The notes: generated by a model not told the origin, from the letters alone. A stretch of DNA of 40,313 bases from Octopus bimaculoides (GCF_001194135.2 NC_068990.1:52931181-52971493), one strand, 5' to 3'. Counted from the stretch's first letter, positions 24,165 through 36,386 are shown. Program-made: numbers and translations.

Positions 24165-24592
24165 TACATCAGATAGAATGCTTTGTGGTATTCTGACTCT
24201 TTAGGTTCTGAGTTCAAATTGCGCCTAGATCAATTTTGCATTTCATCTCTCTGGTATTGATTGACCCTTTAGCATTTAAACTGGCCACATCAGGTCAAAA
24301 TATTTTATCCACTTTATGTTCAAATTGACCAAATCTTGTTCCCCCCCCCCCTAAAAAAAAAAACCTACTCTACAATGTCATTCTAAAACTATATAATCAC
24401 ATCATCAGATTCTTGAAGCTACAAGATAATTCATGATTAATTCAAAATGACATGAATAAATGAGCTTTACTTTACCAGATTAATTTGAATGCTAAATGGT
24501 TAAAACAAACAGTCAAGTACTGGGTTGATTTAATTGACTTACCTTTCCCCTGAAATTTGCTGGCTTTGTGCCTAAATCAGAAACTATTATCA
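24165..24592 (+). mobile_element. SINE family A copy split by a MITE
   Basis: 5' half (GTTCTGAGTTCAAATT...TTTCATC) lies before 24261 and 3' half (AAGTACTGGGTTGATTTAATTGACTTACC...GTGCCTAAATCAGAAAC) after 24503. Confidence 0.7.
24265..24499 (+). mobile_element. piggyBac-like MITE (about 235 bp)
   Basis: Ends TTGA|CCCTTTAGCATT and AATGCTAAATGG|TTAA give CCC-type TIRs with a TTAA-like target; no coding capacity; related copies at 27157 and 33162. Confidence 0.75.
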
Positions 24593-24619
24593 TTGGTTTC
24601 TTTATGATGAATTACAGAA

Positions 24620-27110
24620 TCCCTTATTTTAGGTAAAATGTGAACTGTGGAAGAAAAATTCAGTTTCCAATGTACCATTCTAATCAAAATATATTGTCAG
24701 CTGATAACTTTGTCCATTTCTTGAGATACTCTCTCTTTTCCAACTTCGTTCTTGCAGGATGGGATAGACAAGTTGTCTGTTGGCTCCATAAAATGTGCAA
24801 ATTCATTAATGTATTAATGAAGCAGTTTTCATGACAAGGTTGGAAATGTTTACAAGGAAGTGACTCAAAAGTTGGCAAACTGATTCTCCTATAACATTGG
24901 AAGATGGATGGTGTGGTAATGTTTTAAAAGGTTTACAACCTATCTTTTCAAGCCATTCTAACAGTTTCTCACTACAGAATTCAGCTGCATTGTCAGAATC
25001 CAATACATATGGAATGACATTCATTGTGAAAATGTTCCTCAAGACATTGATCACAGTTTCAGCAAATCGATCAGTGACTCTCATCACTTCTAGCTATCCA
25101 GAAAAGGCATCAACCAAGATGAGTACTAAACCAATGCCTTGTACATAACCATGATCCATATGTACATATGACCAAGCCTTTACACCAGCTGGTCAAGTAT
25201 GCTTGGTAGTTTTCTGTAAAGGGTTAATCTTAGAGCATTTTGAACAATTTCTGGTCAAGTATTGTGATATATGTAAAAATGCATGTCCATTTTTGGAAAA
25301 TATTCCAGATATTGAATTTTGACTTGAGTTTGTGATAACTACATCTTTGTTGTATTAAAAATATTTGTACAACAGCTGTTTTAGTCAAATCTTTCTTGTA
25401 TGATGTTTTGTCTATAAAAATGAAAAATTCTTTCTTCTTAAATTAAAAAACCCATGCGCTTACTCAGAATAATATAGAATAAACTGACCATAAGAATTGC
25501 CATACTTATAAATCGCTGCAATTCTCTTCTATTCTCTGAGATTTTCAGTTCCAATACATTTTTTTACTAATCTATCATCTGGTTGAAAACCATATTTGGT
25601 TATTTTGTATCCTAAAAAAGTCAATTCTTCAGCATGAAGACCATTCTTCTTTTCGTTAATAGTCATACCATGGGTGGCAAGTCTTTGTAAGATTTCATTT
25701 ATCTTCTAATTTCTCAGGTGATCTACCACCAATGTATATGTTTACCTTGGAAAATAATTATACCTGTAACATTTTCCATCACATTCGCCATAGCTTGCTG
25801 AAAGGTAGCATTTGCTGTTTTATGTCATATGGTAGATGTGTCCATCTCAATAATCCGAGCACTAACAATCGTTATTTCCTGGATTTCATCAGATATTTCA
25901 ATTTGATGTTACAATTTAGCCAAATCAATTTTTGCAAAATACTTCATGTCTGCCAACTTGTATTATGTTGATTCAACATTTAGTGTAGGATAAAAATCAG
26001 AACAAATATTGGGATTCACTCCTGTCTTCTAATCAGCACATATACCATTAGGCTTGTGAACTACAACCAATGGTGAAGCCCATTTAGCCCCCCCCCCCAT
26101 TTCAACTGTCTTTCATAAGTTACTATCTATCATATCTTTTAATTTTCAAGTCACTGCAATTCAAAATGTGTTGGCCTCACATTGTCCTTTAATTTCATAT
26201 CACCTTTATAACCTTTTAAACATTTAGTTTTTTTTTTTTCCAGTTTGGCATGATTAATAACTGATACAATAAAACTCTTCAAAACATCTGTTCCAGTCAG
26301 ACTCTTTTAATGTTCCCAACTCCTCTCTTTGATATGAAGACAACAGTTATTTCCTTGGATTCATCATTGTCCATCAACTTTTATGCTCTTGCACTTGTTG
26401 ACACCTCAGCCAGGCACCAATCTAATCTGGATCAGATAAAAATCAATTCTTTAGAGCCTGTTGTTGACACCATTGTCATGTCTCACCATATTAATCAAAT
26501 GGTTTTACTGCAGCCATTTGCTGTCCTTAAATAACCTTGATAGGTATATGTAATGCTGCCATCATTTACATAACAATTATGTCACTGTTGTGTCATTTCT
26601 TTTAAAACTGAACCATGCCAGTCTTTATTGTCCCATGTCATAAGTGACCCTTGTTAGATGTTATTGATCAATGTCAGTGACCCAAGTAGGTCTGTCTTTT
26701 ACCAATGATACAATATGCACATTGTTTTATTTTCTTTTGTATAATAATTAGATTTATTATAATTGAGCTGAAAAAAGTTCACATTATCTCAAATCATTAA
26801 GTAAAGTTAAAAGTGACTTTTGAACTTCATTGGTGAAAACTTCCAAAGTCAACTTTCTGGTGTAGACTGTAAATTGTGAATGTAGACACTTTGTTGATAA
26901 TTTTCTATTTTTCTGCACCCAGTAATGATATCAAGTTAAACCTATGTCATTTATTTTATAAACTGATTTTAAAGAGCCTAATTCAATCCCTACAATTTAT
27001 CTCACTGTTACGGATTATTACAGTTCTGGAAGAACCTATAACTTTGCTGCTGTTTGTACCACCTTCACCTTGCATTGTTTTCCCTCCTTCATTCTTCATT
27101 CTGTAGTCAT
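24620..27110 (-). mobile_element. Decayed Ty3/Gypsy LTR-retrotransposon internal region (gag?-RT-RNaseH-IN), no LTRs seen
   Basis: Minus-strand remnants in Gypsy order. RT: AKWASPLVVVHKPNG, KYFAKIDLAK, FQQAMANV, LTFLGYKI, RELQRFISMANSYGQFI. RNase H start: VVITNSSQNSISGIFSKNGH. Integrase: CSKC, WSYVHMDH, LILVDAFSG, LDSDNAAEF, HHPSSNVIGES. Many stops and frameshifts; the gag end (above about 26300) is tentative. Confidence 0.85.
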
Positions 27111-27156
27111 GGTGCTGGACAAGTTTAAAAAGTTAGAAACATCTGAATGCTATTAA

Positions 27157-27378
27157 CACTTTAGCATTCAGGTTAGTCTGTTAAATGTAATGCTTATCTA
27201 TTCACATTGTTTTGAATTAATCATACGTTATTTTGTAACTTTGAGATTTTGATGATGAGACTGCTTATTTTTAGAATGATATTGTAGAGTAGGTATGAAA
27301 GGCCAGATCTGACTGGTTTGAACATAAGACAGGTAGAATATTTGGGCCTGATATTGCCAGTTTAAATACTCTAAAGAT
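27157..27378 (-). mobile_element. piggyBac-like MITE copy
   Basis: TTAA|CACTTTAGCATTCAG; interior is the reverse complement of 24265-24499; far end degenerate. Confidence 0.7.
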
Positions 27379-28046
27379 TTATGATTTTCATCAGTATTAA
27401 AGCAGATTAGTTTTGCTGATCATGTAATTGGTGAATGCCTATAATGAATCAAATCAGTAATAAGGTTTTAATTATTATTTAAACCTGGACATAGCCTAGT
27501 GTAGTTAGGATTTTCTTTTTTATGTTTTAAAAAAAAAAAAGAAATGAATTTGTTTTCTTTGTACTTTGTATTAAACCTATTCATTTGAAAAAGCGCATTA
27601 ATATCAGTCCTAATCTAATAATCTATATTCTGGCTTTAACATAACTTCTACCTGTATTTCGTAGGTTCACATTAGGTTTTCTATTTTCAAATCTTCCCCA
27701 CCTACCACACTGTTTTCTCTCATAGATTATGTCTTGTCTGCAATTACTGATAATGGGACTTAAAAACTGAGCTAATAGCATTGACTTGAAAATCAACTAG
27801 GAATATTTATTCAATTTTATCAATTTTATTTTGATTTTTTCCTCCAATTTTCAACCCCACTTTCTCTCCTTCCTATTAAAATAGGAGAATAATTTTGAAT
27901 TTATTTAAGTCTATTATAAATATTTATCAGTCGGCATGATGGTTCAAAGGTAGCTTTCAGTTTATTCTAACAAACTGCATTCTACTTCAGTTTTTCATTA
28001 AAGCTGTGACTAATGTCTGTTTTTGAAATCACAAATGTCTTTTAAG

Positions 28047-28049
<3 letters not shown>

Positions 28050-28106
<57 letters not shown>

Positions 28107-28434
28107 NNNNNNNNNNNNNNNNNNNNNNNNNNNNNNNNNNNNNNNNNNNNNNNNNNNNNNNNNNNNNNNNNNNNNNNNNNNNNNNNNNNNNNNNNNNNNN
28201 NNNNNNNNNNNNNNNNNNNNNNNNNNNNNNNNNNNNNNNNNNNNNNNNNNNNNNNNNNNNNNNNNNNNNNNNNNNNNNNNNNNNNNNNNNNNNNNNNNNN
28301 NNNNNNNNNNNNNNNNNNNNNTCTCTCTCTCTTTCTTCTCTCTCTCTTTCTTCTCTCTCTCTCTTTCTTCTCTCTCTCTCTTTCTTCTCTCTCTCTTTCT
28401 TCTCTCTCTCTCTTTCTTCTCTCTCTTCTCTCTC

Positions 28435-28480
<46 letters not shown>

Positions 28481-28481
28481 T

Positions 28482-28540
<59 letters not shown>

Positions 28541-28566
28541 CTCTTCTCTCTTTCTCNNNNNNNNNN

Positions 28567-28625
<59 letters not shown>

Positions 28626-28671
28626 CTCTTCTCTCTTTCTCCTCCTCTCTCCTCTCTCTCTCTCCCTCTCT
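28050..28671. repeat. (AG)n, N gap, then CT-rich microsatellite
   Basis: (AG)n 28050-28106, N 28107-28321, CT/CTT-rich 28322-28671 with a second gap at 28557-28566. Confidence 0.9.
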
Positions 28672-28884
28672 CAGCAGATCTAAGACAAAGAACTGGATAG
28701 ATCTGACATAGGGTATAAAACAGAGTTAAAGATGCATGCATTAGGAACATGTTCTACTAGTGTTAGGATTCAAAACTCTCCCAGCATTACATATAACATT
28801 GATGTGATAGGATTCTCCAGCATAATTGTAAATGTTTGTTGCTAAGAGGAGCAAGTTTTTAATAAACAAATTTTATATGATCTT

Positions 28885-29045
28885 CATTTAGCATCCATAT
28901 TCCATGCTGGCTGGACAGTTTGGCAGGATCCAATGTGTCAGAACTGCATGATTTCCATCAGGCTGCTCTGCAGGTAGCCAACCAATCCACGCTAGGATGG
29001 AAAATGGATGTTAAATGATGATAATGATAATGATGATGATGATGA
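28885..29045. repeat. Inverted pair of short RTE-type tail remnants
   Basis: CATTTAGCATCCATATTCCATGCTGG (28885-28910) faces CCACGCTAGGATGGAAAATGGATGTTAAATG(ATG)n (about 28987-29045). Confidence 0.55.
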
Positions 29046-29314
29046 ACTTATGTTAAACACAAGTTTATATCATTTGTTCCTATATATGTTTCACCACTGG
29101 TTATTTGGAATTCTGCTTTGGATGTTCCAACAACAATTTGTTGCTTAACCATAAGGGATAATCAGGGATCACTTTTTATGGGTTATGTTCTCCTACATTT
29201 ATCTCTGTATATCATAACTGATAATACTACTAAGTACAGTACTTGGTTAGCCACTATACTGGAAGCAGACTGGATGAAGACAGTCTGTGAGGAGCTCTAA
29301 ACTTAACAGCAACA

Positions 29315-29590
29315 GTCATTCCAAACCACATGGTTCCTGGTTTAGTCCCACTGTGTAGCACCTTGGGCAAATGTCATTGGGAGACGAAAACTGAAAGACG
29401 CTTGTTGTGTGTATGTGTCTTCCATCACCACTTGAGAACCAGTGCTGCTGTGTTTATGTCCTCTCCATAACTTAGAATTTGGCGATAGACTGATAGAATA
29501 AGTACTAAAAGTATTGCAGTCAATTCATTGACTACGATTCCTAAAGGTGGTGCCTCAGCATGGCTGAAACAAGTACAAGATAAAAGATTT
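29315..29590 (+). mobile_element. SINE: family B head plus family C tail
   Basis: CCAAACCACATGGTTCCTGGTTTAGTCCCACTG...CCTTGGGCAA head; tail ends GCTGAAACAAGTACAAGATAAAAGA. Confidence 0.65.
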
Positions 29591-29599
29591 ACATGCATG

Positions 29600-31550
29600 C
29601 TTGCATGGTGGTGGAGCGAGGAAGTAGACAGTGCTGTAAAAACAAAGAGACAGGCCTGGAAAGACTGGAAAGACTGGAAGAATGTTGGAAGCAGAGAATT
29701 ATATCTGGTAGCAAGAAGGGAAACTAGGCAACAGCTTTACATAGCAAAAGGAAAAGCAGTAAGTAAGAGATATGTCAATGTTTTACAGCATGAGGTTCAG
29801 ATACATGAGGTGTTCAGGATGGCAAAGTAGTGAGAATAGAGATGTGTTAGGTGAGAAATGTGTGCAAATGGATAATGGTATGTTTGCACAATGCGATTCT
29901 ATGAATAAAGATGCATGGAAGTGCCACTATGAAAGGTTGCTAAATCTGGAGAATGCGTGGGAGAAGGAGAGTCTTTCAAATATAGATAAGGTAATTAAAG
30001 ATATGAAGACAAGGAAAGCTCCTGGACCATCAGATTCACTGCTGAGATATTTTTATCTGGTATCGTAGGATACGGTCTAGTCACACATATAGTTAATCAG
30101 GTTTTCCCGGAAGGCGTCATCAACACTGACTGGTGTAGTAATATTATTGTTAGCTGCTACAAGGTGATGCCTTGGATAGAAACAACTACAGATATCAAAC
30201 TGCTAGGCCAGATCATGATTAGGAATAGAATTCAACTAGATGAGATGCAGTTTGGTTTTGTACCTGGGAAGAATACCACAGATGTCATCTTACTAGTGAG
30301 ACAGCTGCAGGAGAAGTATTTGGCTAAAAGTAATCCATTGTACTTGGCTTTTGTTGACCTGGTGAACATTTTTGATAGAGTCCCTCAATCTGTTATCTGG
30401 TGGTCTCTAAGGAGGTTAGGAGTAGATAAGTGGCTTATTAGAGCTGTACAAGTCATGTATAGTGGAGCTGTCAGTAGGGTGAGAGTCTGCCAGGAGTACA
30501 GTGACAAATTTAGTGTGCAAGTAGAGGTTCATCCAGACTCAGTTCTCAGTCCCCTCTTATTCATTATAGTCCTCCAGGCCTGCTTGTGGGAACTGCTATA
30601 TGATAATGACCTCTCTCTAATAACAGAATCTGTAGTGGAATTGTAGGAGAAATTCTGTGTATAGAAGCAAAACCTGGAATCAAAGGGCCTGAAAGTTAAT
30701 GTGGCAAAGACCAAAGTTTGTGTTAGCAAGAAAATCAATAAGACTCTCTTCAATCCAGGTAAATGACCCTGCCCAGTATGTAGGAAAAGTGTTGGAAGAA
30801 ATTCCATTCTTTGCATCCAGTGCAAGCTATGGGCACATAAGAGGTCCAGTGGAATTATAGATAGATTAAAAGAGAAAATTGTCTTCATATGTGGCAAATA
30901 CATGGGAACAATAAGTGCTAAGAACATGTGGGAATTAGACTCTCTCAAATGCCCAGGAGGCTCTCTTGTGGTTGTAGATAGTTTCTGTTGTCAAGGTAAC
31001 CAAATTAGCAGTGGTAGAAGATGTTCTAAAAGTATTGTTGCTAGAATTAGAATAGTATAGTAGAAGTTCAGAGAGCTGTTATTACCTCCATTGGCAACAA
31101 AAGGATTCTCTCCCAGAGTGAAAGGCAGGTCATATGATGCTTGTGTATGAACAGCTACACTCTATGGTAGTGAGACATGGGCTCTGAATGCAGAAGACAT
31201 ATATAGACTGGAGAGGAATGAAGCTAATATGCTCCAATGGCTATGCAACATCAAGGTACATCAAAGACAGAGTGCAAATGTGCTCAGAGTAAAGGAATCA
31301 GATGCAGCATACAAGAGAAAAGATTGTTAGTTTGGACATGGGATGCTTATGAACAAAGACAACTGTATAAAGAAGTGCTGATCACTTAAAGTGGATAGTA
31401 CCTTTGGGAGAATGAAACCCATGAAGACATGGAATGAAGTAGTGAGGACCAGTCTCAAGACATTGGGCCTCACAGAGGAGATGATAATGGACTGAGATGT
31501 CTGGTGATATATGGTTCTTGACAAGACCTGCCCACCTCAGCAAAACTGAG
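29600..31550 (+). mobile_element. RTE-clade LINE ORF2, 5'-truncated and decayed (RT domain, PHD-like finger, C-terminal domain)
   Basis: WWWSEEVDSAVK; KAPGP; QFGFVPGKNTTD; LAFVDLVNIFDRVP; LSPLLFIIVLQ; LLYDNDL (YADD position); GLKVNVAKTK; TLYGSETWAL; FGHGMLM; KPMKTWNEVV. No endonuclease left; many frameshifts. Confidence 0.93.
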
Positions 31551-31819
31551 TTCTGGGTGTGCTGTGTGTCCCACCCACATGCAGTATTAAGTTTTCAACA
31601 CCCTGCTCCAATGAACCAAACTACATCTCTTTTTCATGCACTGTGCTTATCTCTCCCTCCTCACTCTTGCAGCTCAATCCAGTTCTCCCTACCCTGCTCA
31701 TTGTATCATTGCTATTGTTGCCTCCCCCCATGTATTTTTATTACCTCTCATCACCTGGCACAAAGCCACTTCCTCTGATATCCCTTCCTCCAAGGAAATT
31801 ACTTGATGACCACACCTGT

Positions 31820-31946
31820 GTGGTTGGCATTAAGAAGGGCATCCAGCTGTAAAAACCATGCCAAACAGGCAGTGAAGCTTGGTGCAAGACTCTGTCTTGC
31901 CAGCTTCTGTTAAACTGTTCAACCCATACCAGCTTGGAAGATGGAC
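31820..31946 (+). repeat. RTE-type 3' tail, possibly the true 3' end of the upstream LINE
   Basis: GGTTGGCATTAAGAAGGGCATCCAGCTGTAAAA...AACCCATACCAGCTTGGAAGATGGACATTAAATGATGATG, same orientation as the LINE and about 270 bp after its stop. Confidence 0.65.
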
Positions 31947-32349
31947 ATTAAATGATGATGATGATAAATATACTGTTGCCATCTTGGTTCTGCCTTATGT
32001 CAGAGGTGAAATCTTTAAAAGATTTATCAAAACAGTTTCAAGTGCTGCTTACATGAATCTCTAAGACTTGACTTTCTATTTAAAACCATTTTGATGTGAA
32101 AGGGTCAGGGTGAGGAACCCTCAGAAACACTTCAATTGCCGATAATTTTCTCTAATTAAAATATTTCAGAAAGTGATTTTGTATTTGTTTTAAATGTAGT
32201 TGTTAATACGCAATGAATCTAATCTATCAATATATCTAATTGATACAGTTTTATTGATTTTTTACATTGGAAATGACAATCATCAATGAATGATCAATAT
32301 TTTTTTAAAAATTTAATTTTGAAAATATTTTGTTTGTATTTTGTTTCAG

Positions 32350-32397
32350 ATTTTGTTAGGAAATATCTTCCAAATCCTTAATATTTATCACAGAATG
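32350..32397 (+). CDS. Candidate 48-nt internal exon (ILLGNIFQILNIYHRM), gene unidentified
   Basis: Long U-rich acceptor TTTGTTTGTATTTTGTTTCAG, ATG|GTAAAT donor, open in phase 0-0. Confidence 0.4.
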
Positions 32398-32734
32398 GTA
32401 AATAATATCATAAAAGTATAAGAGTGGGGAGGATTGTAAAACTGATGGCAATTTTTAATTTCATTGCAAATACATGGACACAGTTATTTCATTACATACA
32501 TACACATATAGTCATTTAGTTTATTAGAGATATACACACATTGTCATTTATTTTTTTACATACATACATGCATGCATGTGCACACACACAAATAATCATT
32601 TTATTACCCACATACATAGTCATTTGAAGCTGCTTGTTCACTCTTCTGTTACTCTAAGTTTCTTGTAAGCATTTTTTATATTGAAGTAATGCTGCTTCTT
32701 GAATGAGTGCCAAGTGAGAAATGCGTGCTCCCCC

Positions 32735-32737
<3 letters not shown>

Positions 32738-32768
<31 letters not shown>
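32738..32768. repeat. (CT)n microsatellite
   Basis: Direct reading. Confidence 0.9.
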
Positions 32769-32776
<8 letters not shown>

Positions 32777-33161
32777 TTTAATATCTGATAGTATTTTCAC
32801 AATGCTATATTATACTGAGATGCACATACCTCAGAGTTAGAAAATACATTTATCAAATTCACAGAATAAGTTTGTGTGCCACACTAAACTTTATTGAAAT
32901 TTACTTAAACCTTATTGCCAACACTAACCCCCATCTCAGACTTTAGTTGTTTCCTCTTTGAAAATTCTCTGCAAAATGTTTTACACACCTTTGCGGTGTT
33001 TTTATTTTTTAATTACATCCATGGACTCATATTTTGATCAAAGTCAGTTTTAAATCATTTAAAACTCAAAATTGTTTTGCTAACAAAAATTTATGAAATA
33101 CTGAAATTACTAGTGAAGAATTTATTTAAAAATGTTGTTGATGCCCTTACTTATAGTTTAA

Positions 33162-33499
33162 CCCTTTAGCATTTAAACTGGCCATACTCAGTTCAAATAT
33201 TCTACTAGTTCTAAGGTAAAACTGACCAGATCAAGCCTCTCGCACCTACACTGCAATGTCATTCTAAAAATAGGTAGTCACACCACTGAAATCGCAAGGA
33301 AACACAATAATACATGATCGAAAATATTTAAATCTAATTTTTACTGTACTTTTTCTTGGAGAGCATCAAAAAAAAAAAAAAAAATTTGATACCTCATTAG
33401 TGAAATTTGGATGAATATTTTAGGAAATATGACAATTTGAATGGTTAGTGAAATGGTTAAAATTTTGACCTAATTTATGTAAATCTGAATATGAAAGGG
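33162..33499 (+). mobile_element. Chimeric piggyBac-like MITE carrying a family G segment
   Basis: TTAA|CCCTTTAGCATT and GAAAGGG|TTAA ends; 33320-33484 matches the family G repeats rather than the other MITE copies. Confidence 0.75.
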
Positions 33500-34431
33500 T
33501 TAAGACCATGATGGTGGCTTGTTTATGACAGGGAAAACTTCCTCACAACTTTAGTAAAGTAGAATACATTTTGAGTGCAAAACATTCCATTTGTTTGCCA
33601 AAGAATTTGACCAATGTAGGAAATTGCTACTTCAAAAAAATTGGATGAATTTTTGAACAGCCATAAAAATGTGATAAAATTATTATTTGTGTGTGTGGTG
33701 TGTTGCATTTTGCAGTATTTTGTGTTAGTCTAAAGAAATAAATACAAACACTTTACTTTATGGTGCTATGTAATTGTCAGGTGAGAATGCATCTGTTAAT
33801 CTATAGCAGAAATTGTTTTGGTTCACATCACTAAGCCTGAACATTTTTGAAAGTAGATAATTATCAGAAAGTCTTTTGGGTGATAAGAGAAGGGCAAAAT
33901 TACCCATTTGTGTGGTATCATATTTCCTCAATATACTCAAATTATATAAGTTGACGGTACCTTAGTGTGTTTATTTCCTTGAATTATATTTGAGATAATA
34001 CCATAAAATATAGAAATTAGTTTTTAGGTTGAAGAGAGAAAAAGAAGGTCATCTGTTCCTTATTTGAATCATATTAATATTATGTTTTGGGATGTTTCCG
34101 TATTATTATTAGTCAATTGGTGAATTCAGTAAGTAGCTAATGAGAACTGATTTAAAATTAATTCTTAACAAGAATGAGGTACTTCTGTGATCAATATTTT
34201 GGTAAATATTTCTTTATTATAGTTATAAACTCTAGCAATATTTGTCATTGATTTTAAGAGCTTCTTTCCTGTGAGTCAGCTATAATTAATAATCAGTAAT
34301 TATTTGATCAGAACTATTGGCTAATTTTAAGACATACAGAGATGCCTTAAAAATCTTATCAAAGATGTTTGCAGTTGTAGGTTCAAATGACAATTAAATG
34401 ATCTCTTAATGGACTTGGATAGGAATTGAAT

Positions 34432-34480
34432 GAGAGAGAGAGAAAGAGAGAGAGAGAAAGAGAAAGAGAGAGAGAGAGAG

Positions 34481-34557
<77 letters not shown>
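34432..34557. repeat. (AG)n/(AAAG)n microsatellite
   Basis: Direct reading. Confidence 0.9.
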
Positions 34558-34558
<1 letters not shown>

Positions 34559-34795
34559 TTTATCTAAAGTTATGACTTGTTGAAGTGAAAAATATTTAAT
34601 ATTAAATTTGAAGGTCACAGGAATTGAAATAGTTTCATTTAATTTGTTAGAAAATGTATATTGTGATCACAATGATGTGTTTGTATGTATTTTACATACA
34701 TTACCTTTGTATATATTTAACATATATTACTTTTGTGGTGACTGCAGTGGAGCTCAATGAAAAATTCTTGATCCAGTTTTAACATGACTGAGACA

Positions 34796-35300
34796 AGGTA
34801 TCACTATGAATTTTTGAAAATATTTAAATATAACTTCTGCTGTACCTTTTCTTGGAGAGCATCCCCCCCCCAAAAAAAACGGTGGGGGGTGGGGGGGGGC
34901 ATTTTGATACCTCATTTGTGAAATTTGAATGGTTAGTGAAATGGTTGAAATTTTGCCTAATTTGTGTAAATAAATAAATAGCTATATTTATGATGTCATA
35001 TCTTTGAAACTGAGGAGATAATCAACTTCAAATTATACAGAATAATGGTGACCATAGTATAGTAGTTGCTTAACTTTTTTCAGGTTCTTGGAAAGAAAAC
35101 ATTTTTTGTGGCAACATTTTAAATATTTACGTAAAGCCTTTTTTGTTACATGTAACAAATGGTCAACTTTTAGTGTTTTCAGACCAAGCTAAATCCAAAA
35201 TTACAAACCACAAAAACTTGAGTTTTGGCACATTTGTAGCAGGTATGGAGATAAATAAATCAGGAGATTTTGGGACTTGACAGCATTTCCATAAAGTAAA
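34796..35300 (+). repeat. Unclassified repeat of about 500 bp, family G copy 1
   Basis: Colinear with 36912-37410 (AGGTATCA.TATGAATTTTTGAAAATATTTAAAT...TTTTGATACCTCATTTGTGAAATTTG...GAGATTTTGGGAC). Confidence 0.75.
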
Positions 35301-35706
35301 AAAATGTTTTTTTCATGTTCAAACTGTGCTTGTCTCTATTGTACAGCATTCTATAGTGATACCTACTGAGACAATCAGTGTTGTTAACCTCAGTGGGCTT
35401 ACAACTAATGAGTGTCTTGTTACAAGGAAATATGCATTTAAAATAACTTTAAGATGAAACCACATCCTCAGCTGGAGTGATTTTATTAAGTGATAGGGAA
35501 TCAGAACGACTAAGTAACTACTTTATTCTTAGGTAGTCACTGACATTAGATGTGTTCCTCTATGGATCTGGCCTTCATTTGCAGTTTAGAGTTTGGCTTA
35601 GTTTTTGGACATGAAGTTCTGATGTGAACTAATATTTGATATTAGATCTATATTTCATTTAAATAGAAAACTTCATACACACTGGCAAGGTACTTTGATG
35701 TTGCAG

Positions 35707-35780
35707 ATCCCCAGATAGTGAAAGCACATTTCATGAGAAATGAAGACTCTAAACTGCAGAAGAGACCTGAACTCTCTAAG
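35707..35780 (+). CDS. Candidate 74-nt internal exon (DPQIVKAHFMRNEDSKLQKRPELSK)
   Basis: TTGATGTTGCAG acceptor, AAG|GTACAT donor, only one frame open (phase 1 to 0). Confidence 0.35.
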
Positions 35781-36320
35781 GTACATATTCAAACTCAGTG
35801 GATTAGGATTGACATTCAATCGTTTACAAATACTCCATATATTAGACACATATTATCTGATACCAACAAGGACATTTCTTACTCCTCAAGCTTTCTCTTC
35901 ACACATTCTAAACATCTTTAGTCATTTCTGATTATGTAAATGTTAAATTCTTGAGGTTAAATTCTTGAGATTTTCAAAGACATCCATATTGTTTACGTTA
36001 TTGGTGTAAATTAAAACCTCTACTTGAATCCTGATGATGATGATATGTGTTATCTGTTAATATATAGACCATATTAAACACATGTCGATATAACAGAAAC
36101 TAAATAAGAAATTTTTATTATGTGTTGATCAATGAGATAACATTATTGAGGCTGACGTCAAATGCAGTGTAATGAAAAACATCAATACCAAAATGGGTTC
36201 TGTAGTTGTATGTAATTTTCCCCCTTCTTTTCTTGTGTTTATTTGCTGAGAGAACTTTTCGTGAATCTTCACTTTTCTTCAGTGTAGAGTTTACTTTTTC
36301 AGTTTATTTTATTGTATTGT

Positions 36321-36323
<3 letters not shown>

Positions 36324-36386
<63 letters not shown>
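36324..36386. repeat. (TG)n microsatellite
   Basis: Direct reading. Confidence 0.9.
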
